Part shown: piece by piece, positions 8,221-17,571 of the stretch
Position numbering within the stretch: position 1 is the stretch's first letter
How the letters are laid out: each line of letters opens with the position of its first letter
DNA from: a virus
Lineage: Duplodnaviria > Heunggongvirae > Uroviricota > Caudoviricetes
Direction: 5' to 3' (one strand)
DNA: 24,792 nucleotides
Virus record (IMG/VR): IMGVR_UViG_3300023371_000083
Made by a program: the position numbers and the translations under genes
The notes under the pieces: generated by a model
Databases searched by the model: none
The model's input: only the letters and a program-made list of their open reading frames with translations
What the model was told of the DNA's origin: nothing

Positions 8221-9249
8221 ATGGATTTAAATGAAATCAAAGCAAAAATCTCTTCTGAGGAATATAAATTTCTCAGAGAAAATGAACATTTAGGTAAAAA
8301 TATTATTTTGCTTGGTTTAGGCGGAAGTCACGCTTATGGCACAAATACCCCTACATCTGATTTAGATGTAAGAGGGATCGCATTAAATAGCAAAAGAGAG
8401 ATTTTGACTAAAGCAAATTTTGAGCAGTTTGTTGAAACAGAAACAGATACAACTATTTATTCCTTTAACAAAATTCTTAATCTGTTATCTAATTGTAATC
8501 CAAACACAATCGAAATGCTTGGGCTAAAGCCGGAACATTATCTTTATATCTCTCCAATTGGTCAGCAATTATTGGATAATAAAAAAATCTTTTTATCTAA
8601 AAAAGCAGCATATGCTTTTGGTGGTTATGCGACATCACAGTTGAGAAGATTGGATAATAAAAGTGCAAGGCTAGTTGGACAGGCACAAAGAGAACAGCAT
8701 ATTTTAAATTCAATTTTAAATGCAAAAGAACAGTTTCCAGATAAATATTTTTATCATGAAAATGAATCTATCAATTTGTATTTAGATAAAGCAATTAATG
8801 AAGATTATGAAACAGAAATTTTCATGGATGTGCATTTTACCGGATATCCTCTGAGGGATTACAAGGCGATGTGGTCTGAAATGAATAATATCGTAAAAGA
8901 ATATGCAAAAATCGGGAAAAGAAATGCTAATGCAATTGAACATGATAAACTTGGCAAACATATGATGCATCTTGTTCGGTTGTATATGATGTGCCTGGAT
9001 ATTTTGGAAAGAGAAGAAATTGTTACATACAGAGCAAAAGAACATGAGGAGCTGATGGCAATTAGAAATGGGAAATATCTGGACGATAATAGACAGCCCA
9101 TTCCAGAATTTTATGAAATGGTTGATGAATATGAGAAAAAAATTGAAAAAGCAAAATTAGAAACATCGTTACCAGATAAACCTAATTATAAAGCAATTGA
9201 AGAATTTATGATGATGGTTAATGAAATGGTTGTAAAAGAAGAAATTTAA
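8221..9249 (+). CDS. RlaP-like nucleotidyltransferase (DNA polymerase beta superfamily)
   Basis: GGSHAYGTNTPTSDLDVRG (GS..YG....SDxD), NCNPNTIEML, and KHMMHLVRL in the helical C-terminal domain. Confidence 0.88.
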   Translation: MDLNEIKAKISSEEYKFLRENEHLGKNIILLGLGGSHAYGTNTPTSDLDVRGIALNSKREILTKANFEQFVETETDTTIYSFNKILNLLSNCNPNTIEMLGLKPEHYLYISPIGQQLLDNKKIFLSKKAAYAFGGYATSQLRRLDNKSARLVGQAQREQHILNSILNAKEQFPDKYFYHENESINLYLDKAINEDYETEIFMDVHFTGYPLRDYKAMWSEMNNIVKEYAKIGKRNANAIEHDKLGKHMMHLVRLYMMCLDILEREEIVTYRAKEHEELMAIRNGKYLDDNRQPIPEFYEMVDEYEKKIEKAKLETSLPDKPNYKAIEEFMMMVNEMVVKEEI

Positions 9250-9263
9250 AGGAGATGTAAAAT

Positions 9264-9722
9264 ATGGCACAGACATGGATGAAAGCAGACGACTTAACTG
9301 TTATTGCCAATATTGCAAAAGGCAAACCTTTTAAAATGCTGATCCCGGAAAAATTTGGTGGTGGTTTTTTAAAAGGGGTTTATCATGGCGATGGTAGATT
9401 TGGCGAAAACAATTATGAAATGAAATGGGATATTTATGAATTGCTGGCTTTTTGGAACGACGAATCTGAAGCTTTCGGCGGAAAATTTGTAGGCGAAAGA
9501 TTAAGATATCTGGGGCAGAAACCTAATATCAAACAGATTGATTACACGACAATGTTCAATAGAAATCTTGGTAAAGATATTTCTGATACAGATGCTAAAA
9601 TTCTTTCTCTCAAATATCCTCCAAAACTTGTTTCTGCATCTTACAAAGGCACTTATGAAGATTGTGATAAAGCAAGCTTAATTGATAAAAGAGGTAAAGA
9701 TAGTGCTTTGGAACGTAGGTGA
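9264..9722 (+). CDS. Hypothetical protein (152 aa)
   Basis: AAGGAG RBS, ATG at 9264. Confidence 0.8.
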   Translation: MAQTWMKADDLTVIANIAKGKPFKMLIPEKFGGGFLKGVYHGDGRFGENNYEMKWDIYELLAFWNDESEAFGGKFVGERLRYLGQKPNIKQIDYTTMFNRNLGKDISDTDAKILSLKYPPKLVSASYKGTYEDCDKASLIDKRGKDSALERR

Positions 9723-9727
9723 TCAAT

Positions 9728-9949
9728 ATGGGGAAATACATGTTGATTGAAGTTGTTGATAGAATAATTAGCACTACAATTTTTTCTGATTTAGAAAAAG
9801 CGCAAGAAAAATTGGTTGAAAAATATGAAGAGGCTTCTTTGAAATATACCATTGATGTTTTTGGAAATTATATTAACCCAGGCAAGACAATTGCTTGGGT
9901 TGATACAGATGAAATTCAATGTGATTACAAAATTATTGAAATTAAATAA
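9728..9949 (+). CDS. Hypothetical protein (73 aa)
   Basis: AGGTGA RBS supports ATG at 9728. Confidence 0.75.
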   Translation: MGKYMLIEVVDRIISTTIFSDLEKAQEKLVEKYEEASLKYTIDVFGNYINPGKTIAWVDTDEIQCDYKIIEIK

Positions 9950-9960
9950 GGAGAAAAATA

Positions 9961-10272
9961 TTGGGACATTATAGAAATACAACTGTCGGAAAAGAACATG
10001 ATCGCAGAAGAAAATTAACAGATGAACAACGAGAGCAAATTAAAGAATTATATGCAAGTGGTAAATATTCCATGATGCAACTTGCAATTAAATTTGGGGT
10101 ACATAGAGATACAATCAATCGAATTGTAAAACCGGAATTTGATGCAATTAAAAGAAAACATAATAAAAAATATTATGAAGCTCATCCAATTCCAGCGGAA
10201 AAAAGAAAAGAATACCTTGAATCCCATTATAAATACAAGCAAAAATTGTATGAGGAAGGAAAAATTAGTTAA
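9961..10272 (+). CDS. Helix-turn-helix DNA-binding protein (TTG start)
   Basis: LTDEQREQIKELYASGKYSMMQLAIKFGVHRDTINRIV is a classic HTH pattern; AAGGAG RBS 7 nt before TTG. Confidence 0.8.
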   Translation: MGHYRNTTVGKEHDRRRKLTDEQREQIKELYASGKYSMMQLAIKFGVHRDTINRIVKPEFDAIKRKHNKKYYEAHPIPAEKRKEYLESHYKYKQKLYEEGKIS

Positions 10273-10283
10273 GAGGTGTGTAT

Positions 10284-10568
10284 ATGGATATTACTAAAAT
10301 GATCACGATATCAACTGCACATATTACAAACCAAACAATCGAATTTTTAGAAAAAGAAGCATATCGAAACAATGAATTGGTCGTATATCCAAAAGCAGAA
10401 TATGGTTGGTTTATTTATGTTTGTGAAGATGATATTGAAAATGCAGATCTAAATATTGACCTCAGAGATTGCCTCAGTTTTGCATATGGAAATGATTGTC
10501 AATGGTTAGTATTTGATCGTGATGGGGTAATAGAAAATAATCTGTCTATTTATCAAGAAATTTTTTAA
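10284..10568 (+). CDS. DUF5983-like protein
   Basis: ISTAHI...YGWFI...A...CQWLVFDRDG pattern resembles DUF5983; GAGGTG RBS. Confidence 0.65.
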   Translation: MDITKMITISTAHITNQTIEFLEKEAYRNNELVVYPKAEYGWFIYVCEDDIENADLNIDLRDCLSFAYGNDCQWLVFDRDGVIENNLSIYQEIF

Positions 10569-10580
10569 GGGGGATAAAAT

Positions 10581-11450
10581 ATGCCAGTACATGATGATCT
10601 TGGTACAAGAATGAAAGAATATTATGAGCAGATTCCAAAAACAAAATTAATGAGAAGAATGCCAGTTATTATCCGACTGGATGGCAAAGCATTTCATACA
10701 TTTACAAAAGGATTTCAGAAGCCTTTTGACGAAGTGTTGATGAAATCTATGCAGGGCACAATGAAATATCTTTGTGAAAATATCCAGGGTTGCGTTCTTG
10801 GTTATACCCAGTCCGATGAAATCACGCTGGTTTTGGTTGATTATAAAAAGCTAACCTCTGCAGCATGGTTTGATTATGAGGTACAGAAAATGTGTAGCAT
10901 TGCGGCAAGTATGGCAACTATGGCTTTCAATAGAATTTTTTTGGAAGAGTATGTTGAATTTTGTGGTCGATGTGCAAAATATGATTATCACCATGAGGGA
11001 GATAAAGAGATGTGTCAGAAACTCATGGATACATATAAAAATGCAGTTGACAAAGGCGCTATGTTCGATGCTAGATGCTTTAATATTCCAAAAGAAGAAG
11101 TGACAAACTGTATTTTTTGGAGACAGCTGGATGCAACTAGAAACTCTATTCAGATGGTTGGACAGGCTTATTTCAGTCACAAAGAATTACATCAGAAAAC
11201 TTGCAGTATGATTCAGGATATGCTGATGGAACAAAAGGGTGTAAATTGGAACGACCTTCCACTTTGCCAGAAACGAGGGGTTTGTGCAGTCAAGAATAAA
11301 ATTATTACAGGAAATGATGGAATGCTTGAAATGTATGTATGTCGTGATGACAGCCAGCCTGAAAATGCATGGATTATTGATAAAGAAATTCCTATTTTCA
11401 AAGGCGATGGCAGAAAATATATTGATGAATTAATTTTTATTGGAGAGTGA
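10581..11450 (+). CDS. thg1: Thg1-like protein (tRNA-His guanylyltransferase family, 3'-5' polymerase)
   Basis: RMKEYYE, IIRLDGKAFHTFT, GYTQSDEITL, SIAASMAT..FN, MFDARCF, WRQLDATRNSI; both catalytic Asp motifs present. Confidence 0.93.
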   Translation: MPVHDDLGTRMKEYYEQIPKTKLMRRMPVIIRLDGKAFHTFTKGFQKPFDEVLMKSMQGTMKYLCENIQGCVLGYTQSDEITLVLVDYKKLTSAAWFDYEVQKMCSIAASMATMAFNRIFLEEYVEFCGRCAKYDYHHEGDKEMCQKLMDTYKNAVDKGAMFDARCFNIPKEEVTNCIFWRQLDATRNSIQMVGQAYFSHKELHQKTCSMIQDMLMEQKGVNWNDLPLCQKRGVCAVKNKIITGNDGMLEMYVCRDDSQPENAWIIDKEIPIFKGDGRKYIDELIFIGE

Positions 11451-11455
11451 TTAAT

Positions 11456-11725
11456 ATGTCCGAAGTAAAAATTAGAATTCATGAAGCCACAGCAAATAGT
11501 CGTTATGGGGATGATTTTACATTTTTGTTTGATGATCCAATTACGCCAAAATATCAAACAGAAAGAGAAATTGAAATTGTTTTACAGAAAGAATTGGGTT
11601 ACACAGAAGATGAATTTGGTAATGGCTATCTACATGATGATATTGAAGCAACATTTGAATACAACGGATATATTGATGTTGCTATTCCAGATTCAATTGT
11701 AAATAGAATCAGGCAGGAAGGGTAA
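11456..11725 (+). CDS. Hypothetical acidic protein (89 aa)
   Basis: GGAGAG RBS supports ATG at 11456. Confidence 0.75.
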   Translation: MSEVKIRIHEATANSRYGDDFTFLFDDPITPKYQTEREIEIVLQKELGYTEDEFGNGYLHDDIEATFEYNGYIDVAIPDSIVNRIRQEG

Positions 11726-11735
11726 TAGGTGTTAT

Positions 11736-11945
11736 ATGAAACTTTATAAAATTTATTTTGAAGTTGATAATGGCTGTGCCTACATTATGGACTATGCATT
11801 AGTATGTGCAACAAATAGCGAAGAGGCAGTTAATAAATTATCGGAATTTATTATTGCACAAGATTTCGAATCACGTGTAAGTGATGTTGTATATGTAAAA
11901 GAATTTAGCGACGATATCTTCACAATAAAGTTTGGATATAAATAA
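11736..11945 (+). CDS. Hypothetical protein (69 aa)
   Basis: AGGTG RBS, ATG at 11736. Confidence 0.75.
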   Translation: MKLYKIYFEVDNGCAYIMDYALVCATNSEEAVNKLSEFIIAQDFESRVSDVVYVKEFSDDIFTIKFGYK

Positions 11946-11957
11946 TGAGGTGTTTTT

Positions 11958-12467
11958 ATGAGAGAAAATAAAATTGTTGAAATGGTAGAAAGAGTTATTA
12001 GAGTTGAATATATCGCAGAAGATGGAAAAAAGTTTTGGATCGAAGAAGAATGTAAGAAATATGAAAAATCTGCGGTGTTCGCAGTAAGTAAAGAATTGAA
12101 AAGAATGCATGAAGGAAAACTTTGGAGTTGTGATTTCTTCCCTAATGGTTATGACGATGAAGAAGTTGAAATTTTTGATATTCAGACAGAAAAAGATTTT
12201 GAGAATTTGAAAAGATATATTTATCTCAAATTAAGTGAAAATGATGTGCCTCATAATGAAATCAATAATATGTTTAAACAGAAAAAATTCGGTATTGATG
12301 GTATTACATATGGGCACGAAGTTATTATCAGATGGAGTTGTGATTATTGCTATGTAAACACATGGCTTGATGGTAGTATTGATGGTTATTTGACATGTGT
12401 GAAAAATACGATGTATGACACTATTCAATCTTATAAAAATAAAGGCACAGAAAATAACGCAAACTAA
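11958..12467 (+). CDS. Hypothetical protein (169 aa)
   Basis: GAGGTG RBS, ATG at 11958. Confidence 0.8.
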   Translation: MRENKIVEMVERVIRVEYIAEDGKKFWIEEECKKYEKSAVFAVSKELKRMHEGKLWSCDFFPNGYDDEEVEIFDIQTEKDFENLKRYIYLKLSENDVPHNEINNMFKQKKFGIDGITYGHEVIIRWSCDYCYVNTWLDGSIDGYLTCVKNTMYDTIQSYKNKGTENNAN

Positions 12468-12484
12468 ATTATGGGGATGATGCA

Positions 12485-12805
12485 ATGAAAATTGATAAAA
12501 ATTATTTGTTGAATGCGTTTAGTAGTGATCCTATTGAAATATTTATCAGGATGATGGAAACAGATAGCGGAAAAATTGCATACAAAAGAACAAAGCATGT
12601 ATTAAAGGTATCATTTTTGATTTATACACCATTAGTAATTTTGTGTGTGGTTTTATTTGCAAAATATAATTACATGGCACTGCCTTTATGGTTGTTGGTA
12701 ATCTTATCTGCATTCCCGTTTGCAAAATACATTATGATCCCTTTATCAGAAAAGAAAAGAAGTGATATTGAAAACAGCGTCAGAAGAAATCACCAGAAAA
12801 AATGA
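12485..12805 (+). CDS. Small membrane protein (two predicted TM helices)
   Basis: Hydrophobic stretches VSFLIYTPLVILCVVLFA and LPLWLLVILSAFPFAKYIMIPL. Confidence 0.7.
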   Translation: MKIDKNYLLNAFSSDPIEIFIRMMETDSGKIAYKRTKHVLKVSFLIYTPLVILCVVLFAKYNYMALPLWLLVILSAFPFAKYIMIPLSEKKRSDIENSVRRNHQKK

Positions 12806-12819
12806 ATAAGAGGTGTGAT

Positions 12820-13026
12820 ATGAAGATTATAGAAGCCAATAATAGAATTGAATGCAAATGCGGTTGCATTATGGAATATGAAAAAAATGATATAAAAACA
12901 GATGTGATTTCGGAACCAAATGGATTTTTCATGTTAACCAGAAATTATTATCGGAGAGGATATGTAGAATGCCCAATTTGTGGTCGGAAAAATTACATTT
13001 ATTCTCAGTATTATAAAACAGAATAA
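12820..13026 (+). CDS. Small Zn-ribbon protein
   Basis: CKCG...CPICG; GAGGTG RBS supports ATG at 12820. Confidence 0.75.
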   Translation: MKIIEANNRIECKCGCIMEYEKNDIKTDVISEPNGFFMLTRNYYRRGYVECPICGRKNYIYSQYYKTE

Positions 13027-13054
13027 AATTCATGTTTTGTCAGGAAGTGATTTT

Positions 13055-13099
13055 ATGAAAAATATCTTTTCTTATCATAGAGGAAGTGAAATTATATGA
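13055..13099 (+). other. 14-codon mini-ORF (MKNIFSYHRGSEII) with its own RBS, coupled by ATGA to the downstream lipoprotein
   Basis: AGGAAGTGATTTTATG at 13042-13057; TGA at 13097-13099 overlaps ATG at 13096. Confidence 0.3.
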
Positions 13100-13362
13100 A
13101 GCAATTTTTAACAGCAAATGCTTTGGTGCTGGCATTTATGGTAGGTGCGTGTTCTCCGGTGAATGAAGTGGTTGCAGAACAGGAAAAACCATTGAAGATT
13201 TGGTTTGAAAATGATAACGGTGCTTATGAAACATTGAAAGTTGTTGATGACCATACGGGAGTAAATTATGTAGTAGTGGCAACTGAAGTTGGTAACGGGC
13301 ATCGAAGTATTGCTATCACTCCTAGACTGAATGCAGATGGAAGTTTGTATGTAGGTAGATGA
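13096..13362 (+). CDS. Putative lipoprotein, DUF6440-like
   Basis: N-terminal hydrophobic signal ending in a lipobox-like VGAC; VVDDHTGVNYVV...ITPRLNADG pattern resembles DUF6440. Confidence 0.7.
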   Translation: MKQFLTANALVLAFMVGACSPVNEVVAEQEKPLKIWFENDNGAYETLKVVDDHTGVNYVVVATEVGNGHRSIAITPRLNADGSLYVGR

Positions 13363-13371
13363 GGTGAGCAT

Positions 13372-14085
13372 ATGAAAAATTTAATGGAATATACAGCTAC
13401 GATTCAGACAGAAAGAAAACTAAATATTCATGAAATTGAAGGAACGGATTTTGCGTTCTATGAAGATGTAAGAGAAATTGATACGGACGGGAAAAAGGAA
13501 ATTAAAACATATACCGGTGTCACATCTATTAAAAATTTACAAGAAACCAAAGAATTAGAACGTGTAAATCGATATGTACATGCCCCAAAAATGTATGAAG
13601 AAAAAGCATATGTAGTACCAATTAAAAAAATGGACTTTGACTTAGTATTAAAAGGAAACAGACATATCACAACTGTAATTGGTGAGTCAACTGCAATTGG
13701 ATATCCTTTACCAGAAGATACAATTCTTGCGCTGTGGAATTGTGGTTCATACACAATTGCAGATCTTAATTATAATTTTATCTCCATTCCAATTAGATTT
13801 GATTATATTGATGGTGGCACAGATAATAGTAAATTTAATTTGCGGAAATTAATGAAAAAATTAAAAGCCGATGAAAATGTTGTGAATAAAGAACAGCTCT
13901 GTATTAAAAATATTCCTTATTACAATTCTGATGTTGGAAGAGATAAATTTATTGAATTTCAATATTTACTTCCACAGGATATTTATGAAAAAGTGATTCA
14001 AATGAATTGTTTTGAAAGAAACAATTATATTCTGAAAAATGTTATTTGTGCAAACGACTGTCTAAAAAAAGGTTGTGAACTATAA
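13372..14085 (+). CDS. Hypothetical protein (237 aa)
   Basis: GAGGTG RBS; long ORF. Confidence 0.82.
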   Translation: MKNLMEYTATIQTERKLNIHEIEGTDFAFYEDVREIDTDGKKEIKTYTGVTSIKNLQETKELERVNRYVHAPKMYEEKAYVVPIKKMDFDLVLKGNRHITTVIGESTAIGYPLPEDTILALWNCGSYTIADLNYNFISIPIRFDYIDGGTDNSKFNLRKLMKKLKADENVVNKEQLCIKNIPYYNSDVGRDKFIEFQYLLPQDIYEKVIQMNCFERNNYILKNVICANDCLKKGCEL

Positions 14086-14294
14086 TGAGAAATCCAAAAA
14101 GAATTTATAAATTTTGTAATCAGCTTGCAGAAATTTGGGTAACAAAATGTCCAGATTGGAGATTTGGGCAATTTATTGTAAATGTTCTGGGGGAATGTGA
14201 TAAAGATCCATTTTTTTATGAAGAAAATGAAATGATGGAACATATTAAAAAATATTTTGGGATTGATGATGTAGAAGATACATACGAAGAATGA
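14085..14294 (+). CDS. Small conserved phage-type protein (MRxPxRI...W...PDWRFGQ; possibly DUF1040/YihD-related)
   Basis: TAATG stop/start overlap; recognisable N-terminal pattern; family link tentative. Confidence 0.7.
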   Translation: MRNPKRIYKFCNQLAEIWVTKCPDWRFGQFIVNVLGECDKDPFFYEENEMMEHIKKYFGIDDVEDTYEE

Positions 14295-14303
14295 GGTGGC
14301 ATT

Positions 14304-14609
14304 ATGTTCATTATTATTAGTTACTCAGAAAATGATTTATATACACCGATTAAAGCAAACACATATGAAGAAGCATACCAGTGGATGTTTAAGCGCACGG
14401 CAAATAGGGTGCGAGATGAATATGAATGTGAGTTTGACGAAGACTCGGAAGTTCATATCTTTGAAATGACTGATGATGAGGTTATTCAGTGGGCTAAAGA
14501 TAATATTCGAAATTTTGCAATTACTAAAACAACCTCTTATTTAAATCCGGGCAATGGAACATTTAAAGCAAGTCAAATTTTTTGCCTTGATAAATTAGAT
14601 AAGATTTGA
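14304..14609 (+). CDS. Hypothetical protein (101 aa)
   Basis: GAGGTG RBS, ATG at 14304. Confidence 0.78.
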   Translation: MFIIISYSENDLYTPIKANTYEEAYQWMFKRTANRVRDEYECEFDEDSEVHIFEMTDDEVIQWAKDNIRNFAITKTTSYLNPGNGTFKASQIFCLDKLDKI

Positions 14610-14618
14610 GGTGACAAT

Positions 14619-15008
14619 ATGAAGTCTGCATTAACACCAGAGCAACAAACAAAGATTAGAGAATTATATGCAGCGGGCAGACATTCTTATCGTGAACTTT
14701 CAAAAATGTATTTTGTCTGCACAAGTACAATTTACAATATTATCAAAAATTCACCAAAAAGTGAAATGAAAAAATTTAGTGGATATTATAGAAAACCAGA
14801 AAGAAATAAATATCCGATGAAAAAGAAATTTGATAAGAAAAAAGTTACAAAGAATTTGATTGAAGCTGTATCTGATTTTGCGTTAATGGACAATTGGACA
14901 GAGGTTTATTTAATGGAAACACTGCTTTGCTGTGGGCTTGTCAAAGAAGATTTTGATGAGGCTGGATACCTTGATTTTTATGAAGAATATTTTGATGAAG
15001 CTGTGTAA
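14619..15008 (+). CDS. HTH protein with an acidic C-terminal domain; HTH related to 9961..10272
   Basis: LTPEQQTKIRELYAAGRHSYRELSKMYFVCTSTIYNII; GAGGTG RBS. Confidence 0.8.
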   Translation: MKSALTPEQQTKIRELYAAGRHSYRELSKMYFVCTSTIYNIIKNSPKSEMKKFSGYYRKPERNKYPMKKKFDKKKVTKNLIEAVSDFALMDNWTEVYLMETLLCCGLVKEDFDEAGYLDFYEEYFDEAV

Positions 15009-15033
15009 TAAGCGAAAAACAAGGAGGAGTATT

Positions 15034-15576
15034 ATGGCTAGTATTAAAGGTTTTCAGATGAAAAGTGTAAAACAAACTTTGGGTCGTGAAGGTTATGGAT
15101 GTACTGCCACTTTGTATTTGAATGGTAAAAAAATTGGTACATATGCCGATTATGGCGATGGTGGATGCGAAGATGTGACTTATGTATCCAAAGATGCAGA
15201 AAAAGCAATGATGAAAATTATTATTGAATATGCAAAAGAACATCCAGATGAATATATTGTTGATCTGTATAAAAAAAGAACAGAACAATATGAAGAAGAA
15301 TGTCAAAGATTTAAAAAATATAATCCTTATATCCCAGATGAAGATATTACAATTGAAACAATGTCTGCAAATTCTATTGTGTATATTGTAGATGAATTTT
15401 TAAATCTTTTAGAGCTTGAAAAATATTTTAAAAAATATCGAAAAAAGGGATATAAAGCAATTAGTGTAAAAAACAATGAGGTGATTGCATACCCTACGAG
15501 TTGGACAGATGAAAATATCAAAAAAGAGGCAGAGGGGAAAACATTATATACTTCTTTAGATGATTTCTGTAAATAA
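15034..15576 (+). CDS. Hypothetical protein (180 aa)
   Basis: AAGGAGGAG RBS supports ATG at 15034, not 14932, which overlaps the previous gene. Confidence 0.82.
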   Translation: MASIKGFQMKSVKQTLGREGYGCTATLYLNGKKIGTYADYGDGGCEDVTYVSKDAEKAMMKIIIEYAKEHPDEYIVDLYKKRTEQYEEECQRFKKYNPYIPDEDITIETMSANSIVYIVDEFLNLLELEKYFKKYRKKGYKAISVKNNEVIAYPTSWTDENIKKEAEGKTLYTSLDDFCK

Positions 15577-15607
15577 GAAGTGTTGAAACAATGCGGAGGC
15601 GATTTAA

Positions 15608-16063
15608 ATGAGTAGAGTTGATAATATTATAAAGTTCGCACAGAGAAGAGAAGAAGAAAAAAGCACACAGGAGAATGCAAAACAGAAACGTATTGAAGCA
15701 TATAAAGAACAAATTAGAGCATTAAAACCTAGAATCGATGAGCTTCTTGAAGTTGGTAATGCTTGTAAAAAACACGGGATTGCTTTAAATGGCAGTTCGT
15801 GGGGTGGTCACGAAGGATATGATACACACCAGTTTATCTCTAATGCTTGGTCGCATTTAGTAGGCTTTATTTCTGAAGGTAAAGACACGCCTTTTACCAA
15901 AGTTGGAAAAATTGGTGGTGGGGCTTGTAATTATAATTTAACCACTGATGGCGAGATCATTATCGTAACTGGTGATGTCGAATCTGTTTTAAAATGTTTT
16001 GTAGAAGGCTTTGATACTTTTGAAGAAGAGTTTTATGCATATGTTGATAGAACTGTAAAATGA
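15608..16063 (+). CDS. Hypothetical protein (151 aa), N-terminal coiled-coil-like region
   Basis: GGAGG RBS, ATG at 15608. Confidence 0.8.
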   Translation: MSRVDNIIKFAQRREEEKSTQENAKQKRIEAYKEQIRALKPRIDELLEVGNACKKHGIALNGSSWGGHEGYDTHQFISNAWSHLVGFISEGKDTPFTKVGKIGGGACNYNLTTDGEIIIVTGDVESVLKCFVEGFDTFEEEFYAYVDRTVK

Positions 16064-16073
16064 GGTGTGCGAT

Positions 16074-16310
16074 ATGAATAAAATGAGAAGCGTCCGATTA
16101 GTTGAATGCTCTGATCATGATTATGATTATGGAATTTTGCATTTTAAAAATGCTAGTCTGGATGAGGTACAGCAAAAGATTTATGAAATCAAAAACAGAT
16201 TATACGAAAAAGATTGGGACTGGACAATTGATGATGTGGTAGAAGAATTTCCTGAAGAGTGGGGGTGTTGGTTTGAAGAAGTAGAAGCCAACGAATATCT
16301 TGAAATTTAA
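16074..16310 (+). CDS. Hypothetical acidic protein (78 aa)
   Basis: GAGGTG RBS supports ATG at 16074. Confidence 0.75.
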   Translation: MNKMRSVRLVECSDHDYDYGILHFKNASLDEVQQKIYEIKNRLYEKDWDWTIDDVVEEFPEEWGCWFEEVEANEYLEI

Positions 16311-16336
16311 TATTTTGATGAAGAGGTGCAATTTTT

Positions 16337-16654
16337 ATGAAATTGAAATGCTTAAATTGCGGACATGATTTTTATGGGGATGTTGAATATGATTATCTTG
16401 GATGGCATAGCAGCTGTCCGGAATGTTTAAGTAGTTTTGATGTTGACACAGAAGATATGACTGAGGTTTTTGGTCATATGTATAAGAACACAGATAGGGT
16501 TGAACAATTTTCTTTTGATTGTATTAATGACAATAATGTACCAGCAAAAGAAATCATTGAAACTATTTATTATGCATTAGCAAATATTAATGTCACAGTT
16601 GTTGGATGTTTACCAACAGATACAAGCTGGGCTGTAAAAGATTATTGCTTTTAA
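16337..16654 (+). CDS. Protein with an N-terminal Zn ribbon (CLNCG...CPEC)
   Basis: Two CxxC pairs; GAGGTG RBS. Confidence 0.75.
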   Translation: MKLKCLNCGHDFYGDVEYDYLGWHSSCPECLSSFDVDTEDMTEVFGHMYKNTDRVEQFSFDCINDNNVPAKEIIETIYYALANINVTVVGCLPTDTSWAVKDYCF

Positions 16655-16665
16655 GGAGTGATTTT

Positions 16666-17007
16666 ATGAGAATTTACTTTGACATTAAACATTATGACGA
16701 AGTATATGATGTTGTCGTTGGTAAATTAGGTGCGGATCAAGATTGTTTTGAAACAGATGATTGTGTAGATATTGAGCCAAATGAATTTGCCACATTAGCA
16801 ACAGAGTTACCACATATTAAATTTACTATTGATGGCATGAAAAATACCATGAAAAATAAATTAATGCAACATTTAGGACATGATATTGTTATTGCATATT
16901 ACGGCAATAAAAAAAATCCACATGATGTTTGTGTGGAATGTAATACATGTTACGAAGTTTTGGTATCCGCAGAAGATTATGATACAGGGGAGTTTCGTTA
17001 TGATTGA
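16666..17007 (+). CDS. Hypothetical protein (113 aa) with a C-terminal H...CxxC motif
   Basis: AAGGAG RBS supports ATG at 16666; HLGHDIVIAYYG...CVECNTC. Confidence 0.75.
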   Translation: MRIYFDIKHYDEVYDVVVGKLGADQDCFETDDCVDIEPNEFATLATELPHIKFTIDGMKNTMKNKLMQHLGHDIVIAYYGNKKNPHDVCVECNTCYEVLVSAEDYDTGEFRYD

Positions 17008-17251
17008 AAAAACAATTTGGATTTTAACGGAAATTTATGAAGATGATATATCACAAAAAGAATTTAATATTCTTGCCACATCTTTTGATAAAGAAGTAAT
17101 TTTGCAAAAAGCAAAAGAGTTGTATCAAAAGGATGAATATGGTTATTTTGCAAAATATGGTGTTGAAGATATATCTCCATTCTTTTATGAATCTAAATGG
17201 AATCCAAATGGATATGTCGCTTATGTTGTTTTGTTGCAAGAGGTGATTTGA
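17000..17251 (+). CDS. Hypothetical protein (83 aa)
   Basis: GGGGAG at 16987-16992 supports ATG at 17000. Confidence 0.75.
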   Translation: MIEKTIWILTEIYEDDISQKEFNILATSFDKEVILQKAKELYQKDEYGYFAKYGVEDISPFFYESKWNPNGYVAYVVLLQEVI

Positions 17252-17571
17252 TGATCAATTACGAATTCGAATGCAATATGGATGCTGAAGAATGCAAACA
17301 AAAACAATCTGGGAGTTGCGATGATTGGTGTGCCGCATTAATGTGGGCAAATGATGGAGTTGGAGCAGAATATAATTTCTGCTATCAAAATGGGGAAAAT
17401 TATTGCGCTATTTATCCAATGATTTTATCTGAATATGGAGATTGGGATACAGATACACAAAAATATTTGCATTATGAAATTGATTTTATGGATTTGGATT
17501 GGAAGAAAAAGTTAGAAGTTACAATGCACAATGCAGTGCAAATGTTTTTCTCTGAAAGGGTGTTTGATTAA
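17251..17571 (+). CDS. Hypothetical protein, tandem paralog A (EFECN/GAEYNF/YEIDF family)
   Basis: GAGGTG RBS, ATG at 17251 overlapping the upstream TGA; motifs shared with the next gene. Confidence 0.82.
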   Translation: MINYEFECNMDAEECKQKQSGSCDDWCAALMWANDGVGAEYNFCYQNGENYCAIYPMILSEYGDWDTDTQKYLHYEIDFMDLDWKKKLEVTMHNAVQMFFSERVFD

